In this document: positions 61,476 to 64,000 of the stretch, one piece after another
Layout: each line of letters opens with the position of its first letter
Position numbering within the stretch: position 1 is the stretch's first letter
Origin: the human T2T-CHM13v2.0 reference genome, Homo sapiens
DNA length: 64,000 nucleotides
Assembly (NCBI RefSeq): GCF_009914755.1
Contig: NC_060943.1
Direction: 5' to 3' (one strand)
Notes under the pieces: model-generated
What the model was told of the DNA's origin: nothing
Seen by the model: the letters and a program-made list of their open reading frames with translations, nothing else
Databases searched by the model: none
Made by a program: the position numbers and the translations under genes

Positions 61476-64000
61476 CATCTACACCCTGGCTCAGCGCACA
61501 CCAGTCTGAGCCCAAGGGCCGCTCTGATTAGAACTGAAAATGCAGTGATTTCTCATATCCAGGGACACTTCTCACCATTGCCCCCAGAGGTCAAAGCAGC
61601 AGGTTCCCCATTAGCAGTGGCTGACCCCAAGCAACCTGCATGGAATTCACACCCGGAGCCCTGGACCATCTGGGCCACCCAGACTCCTTTTCCATAAATC
61701 ACCCCACGTCGGCCACCCAGCCTGGCCGCCAGCTTCACTCGGGTCTCACCTCAATAGAGAAACATCATCACTGACATTAACGGAAGGTTTGCCAGGGGCT
61801 CCACTGCTCAGGTGATCAGGGGCTTGTGTTCATCAGACTCGCTTGACAAAGAACTGGGCAGCCAGACACCTGCTTTGGAGTCCTATGGCTGCCACCACAC
61901 CTTGGAGAGGATAAGGAAAACAGGGCATCCAGGCAGCCAGAATTGGGACCACTCAGGACAGAACCCCAAGGCACGTGGAGCTGCCCTGGCAATTGTCAGG
62001 GGTCTCCAGCGTCCCTCCTGATGCTCCTCCCCAGCCCATGTGGTCCTCACAGGCCAGCCCTCCCCTCCCCTTGCCTGAGCAACAAAGCCCAGGCAACAAG
62101 AGATATCTCCTGGAAGATAGCTTGACCATCTTGCTCCTGGGTAAGGAATAGGTGCTAGAATTTCACCCAGGTGGGCCAGACAGACCACCTGGTCCACAGC
62201 AAGCCACTCCAGCCCACACTGGCCACAGCTGAAAATCACTCACTATCAGAAACATCCCCTGAGTCGCTTGTGTAAATTACCAGCCCTAAGAAACTCAAGG
62301 TCAATGTCCCAGGGCTTCTTATTTTCTCTGCCTCCTGGCTGTGGTCTCTTTCCCTGAGAAAATCTGGGGAGTTGCAGGGCACCTAAAGGGATTTTTGTCG
62401 CTTTCTCAGTTTGATTTTGTTGGGGGGAAGCCCAGAGGCCCGTGTGATATGCCACCAATCTACCAAAAGTTGACATCCACCTTGAAGCACAAGACCCAAG
62501 GGGAAAAAAAAAAAAACTGATCCAAGATCAAACGTTGTAGGGCATGGTAATTTTTGAAGTTCTAAGAAACATTTACATTATTGTATTTTTTAAACCCTGG
62601 TCTTTGTTCTTTGGGTTGCTAGTTTCCTCCCCGCCGACCCCCATTCCCACCTGGCAGACTGGAAGGCAAGGGACCCAGGGGGTACCTTGACTCTGCCACT
62701 AATTGGTCATGAGGCTGCGGGCAAGGCTGCTCCCTTCCTTGGCCTCAGTTTCTCCAGGCACACTCAGCCTAGGGGTCTGGATCACTCTGTGAGCCTGGCA
62801 GGGCCTGCCCAGTGAAGAGCGGGTCTGGCTTCCAGCAGGGGTCTGCCTCCTAGTCCCAGCTGGATTTGACTCGGTGCCCCTGGGAGGGTGAGGATGGAGG
62901 CATTTTCTCCAGGCTCCTTAGCAGCACAGAAAAGGCATGCAAACCTTTCCGCTGTGGTCAGAGACAGCGAGCTCACTGCTGGACAGACCCCAGGGACTCC
63001 AGAATCAAGACTTCGTAGAATTGGGCTTGATGGTCTTAAAGGGAAATGTCAGGCCCAGATGGGATGCTGAGTTTATCTGCTGGGGTCCCGGCCTCCTGCT
63101 CGCTGGTTCCTTCCTGTGCCTCCGAGAGAAGATCTCCAATGGCAGCTGCTGTGTCTCCACTGGGCAGCATCAGAGTAAACAGCAGGTTCTGGGTCAGGCA
63201 CATCCTCCAGGAAAACCACTGGCTTCCCCACTGGCCTTGATGGAGGGACCCTGTGCCCACAGCACTCCCGCCCAGACCAGGCATCTGAAAGACAGGGAAC
63301 CTGCACTGAACCTGTCCTAGGAGGCAGCTCCCAGGTAGGGAGAGTTTGCCCACAGGCAGAGTGAGGACATGGCAGCCAGGGAGCCTCAGGACACTGGCTT
63401 TGGACACCCTAGACTGTGGCATCCTTGAGAGCTGGAATCAGCTCACTCTGCAGCCATCCCTCCAACCCCCAAGTCCCAACACAGAGCTATGGGAATTCCC
63501 CTCACTGATTTTTGTTTTCCAAATGCTGTGGCTACCATGTGGGTCCAAAGGGAGCCCCATATCTGTGGTCGGAATTGTCAAAAGCTAGTGATGGCGTGGC
63601 TGGATTTTCTCCCAGACTAGGGTGAGAAATAAAAAGAAGGGAAATGGGAAGGTTAGCCATTGGTTCTTCCAAGAGAGGACTTGAGGCTTGCGATTCACCA
63701 TTTTAAATAAAATAAATCCATTTTATTTCTCAGAAGCAGCCCCTTCATCCTCAGCAGTTCAGTCCAAGGACTAGATGGTGTGCAGGGGTGGAGGGTAAGG
63801 GCAGCAGACACCAGATTTGGGGTTCCCAGGAGCGACTGGCCAGCAGCCACTGCCCAGTCCTGGCTGACACTGACTGCAGCGCCAGCCACGCTGGGCACCT
63901 CACTCCCCTGAAGCGTGCCCTGGCACAAGCCTCCACAAAGCACTGAGTTGTAAGAGACTCCAGCAGGCATGTACCCCAAGAGATGATGAGAATTGGACTC

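Noticed and set aside
60926-61531. 201-aa ORF, the longest outside simple repeats
   Set aside because: Non-ATG start; runs through a MIR and MER94; no recognisable domain

Overview
This is primate (most likely human/hominoid) intergenic or deep-intronic DNA. The AluJ/S/Y, L1PA, THE1/MST and MER1B elements and general CpG depletion support that assignment. I found no credible protein-coding gene, tRNA, rRNA or CRISPR array; the ORF track is explained by Alu, L1, simple repeats or chance. Roughly half of the window is interspersed repeat (about 25 Alu/FLAM/FRAM copies, several L1 layers, L2/MIR/L3, LTRs, Tigger and hAT elements), plus a 35-bp VNTR and several STRs. Repeat-free islands (about 4.6-4.9, 14.0-14.4, 19-20 and 25.2-29.4 kb) carry homeobox/PBX/MEIS-type motif clusters and a few good splice signals, suggesting enhancers and possibly non-coding exons. 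The most unusual signal is four separate short-range templated-copy events: a permuted duplication (13.7/15.7 kb), an inverted copy with a triplicated junction (36.7-38.4 kb), a composite insert with a perfect 42-bp inverted repeat (48.0/51.9 kb), and a VNTR unit stranded in a TA tract (57.15 kb). There is also a twin-primed L1 with an intact TSD. I cannot name the locus. Repeat subfamily names come from my recollection of consensus sequences, and most boundaries are approximate (about 10-30 bp). I see no evidence for a new gene system.
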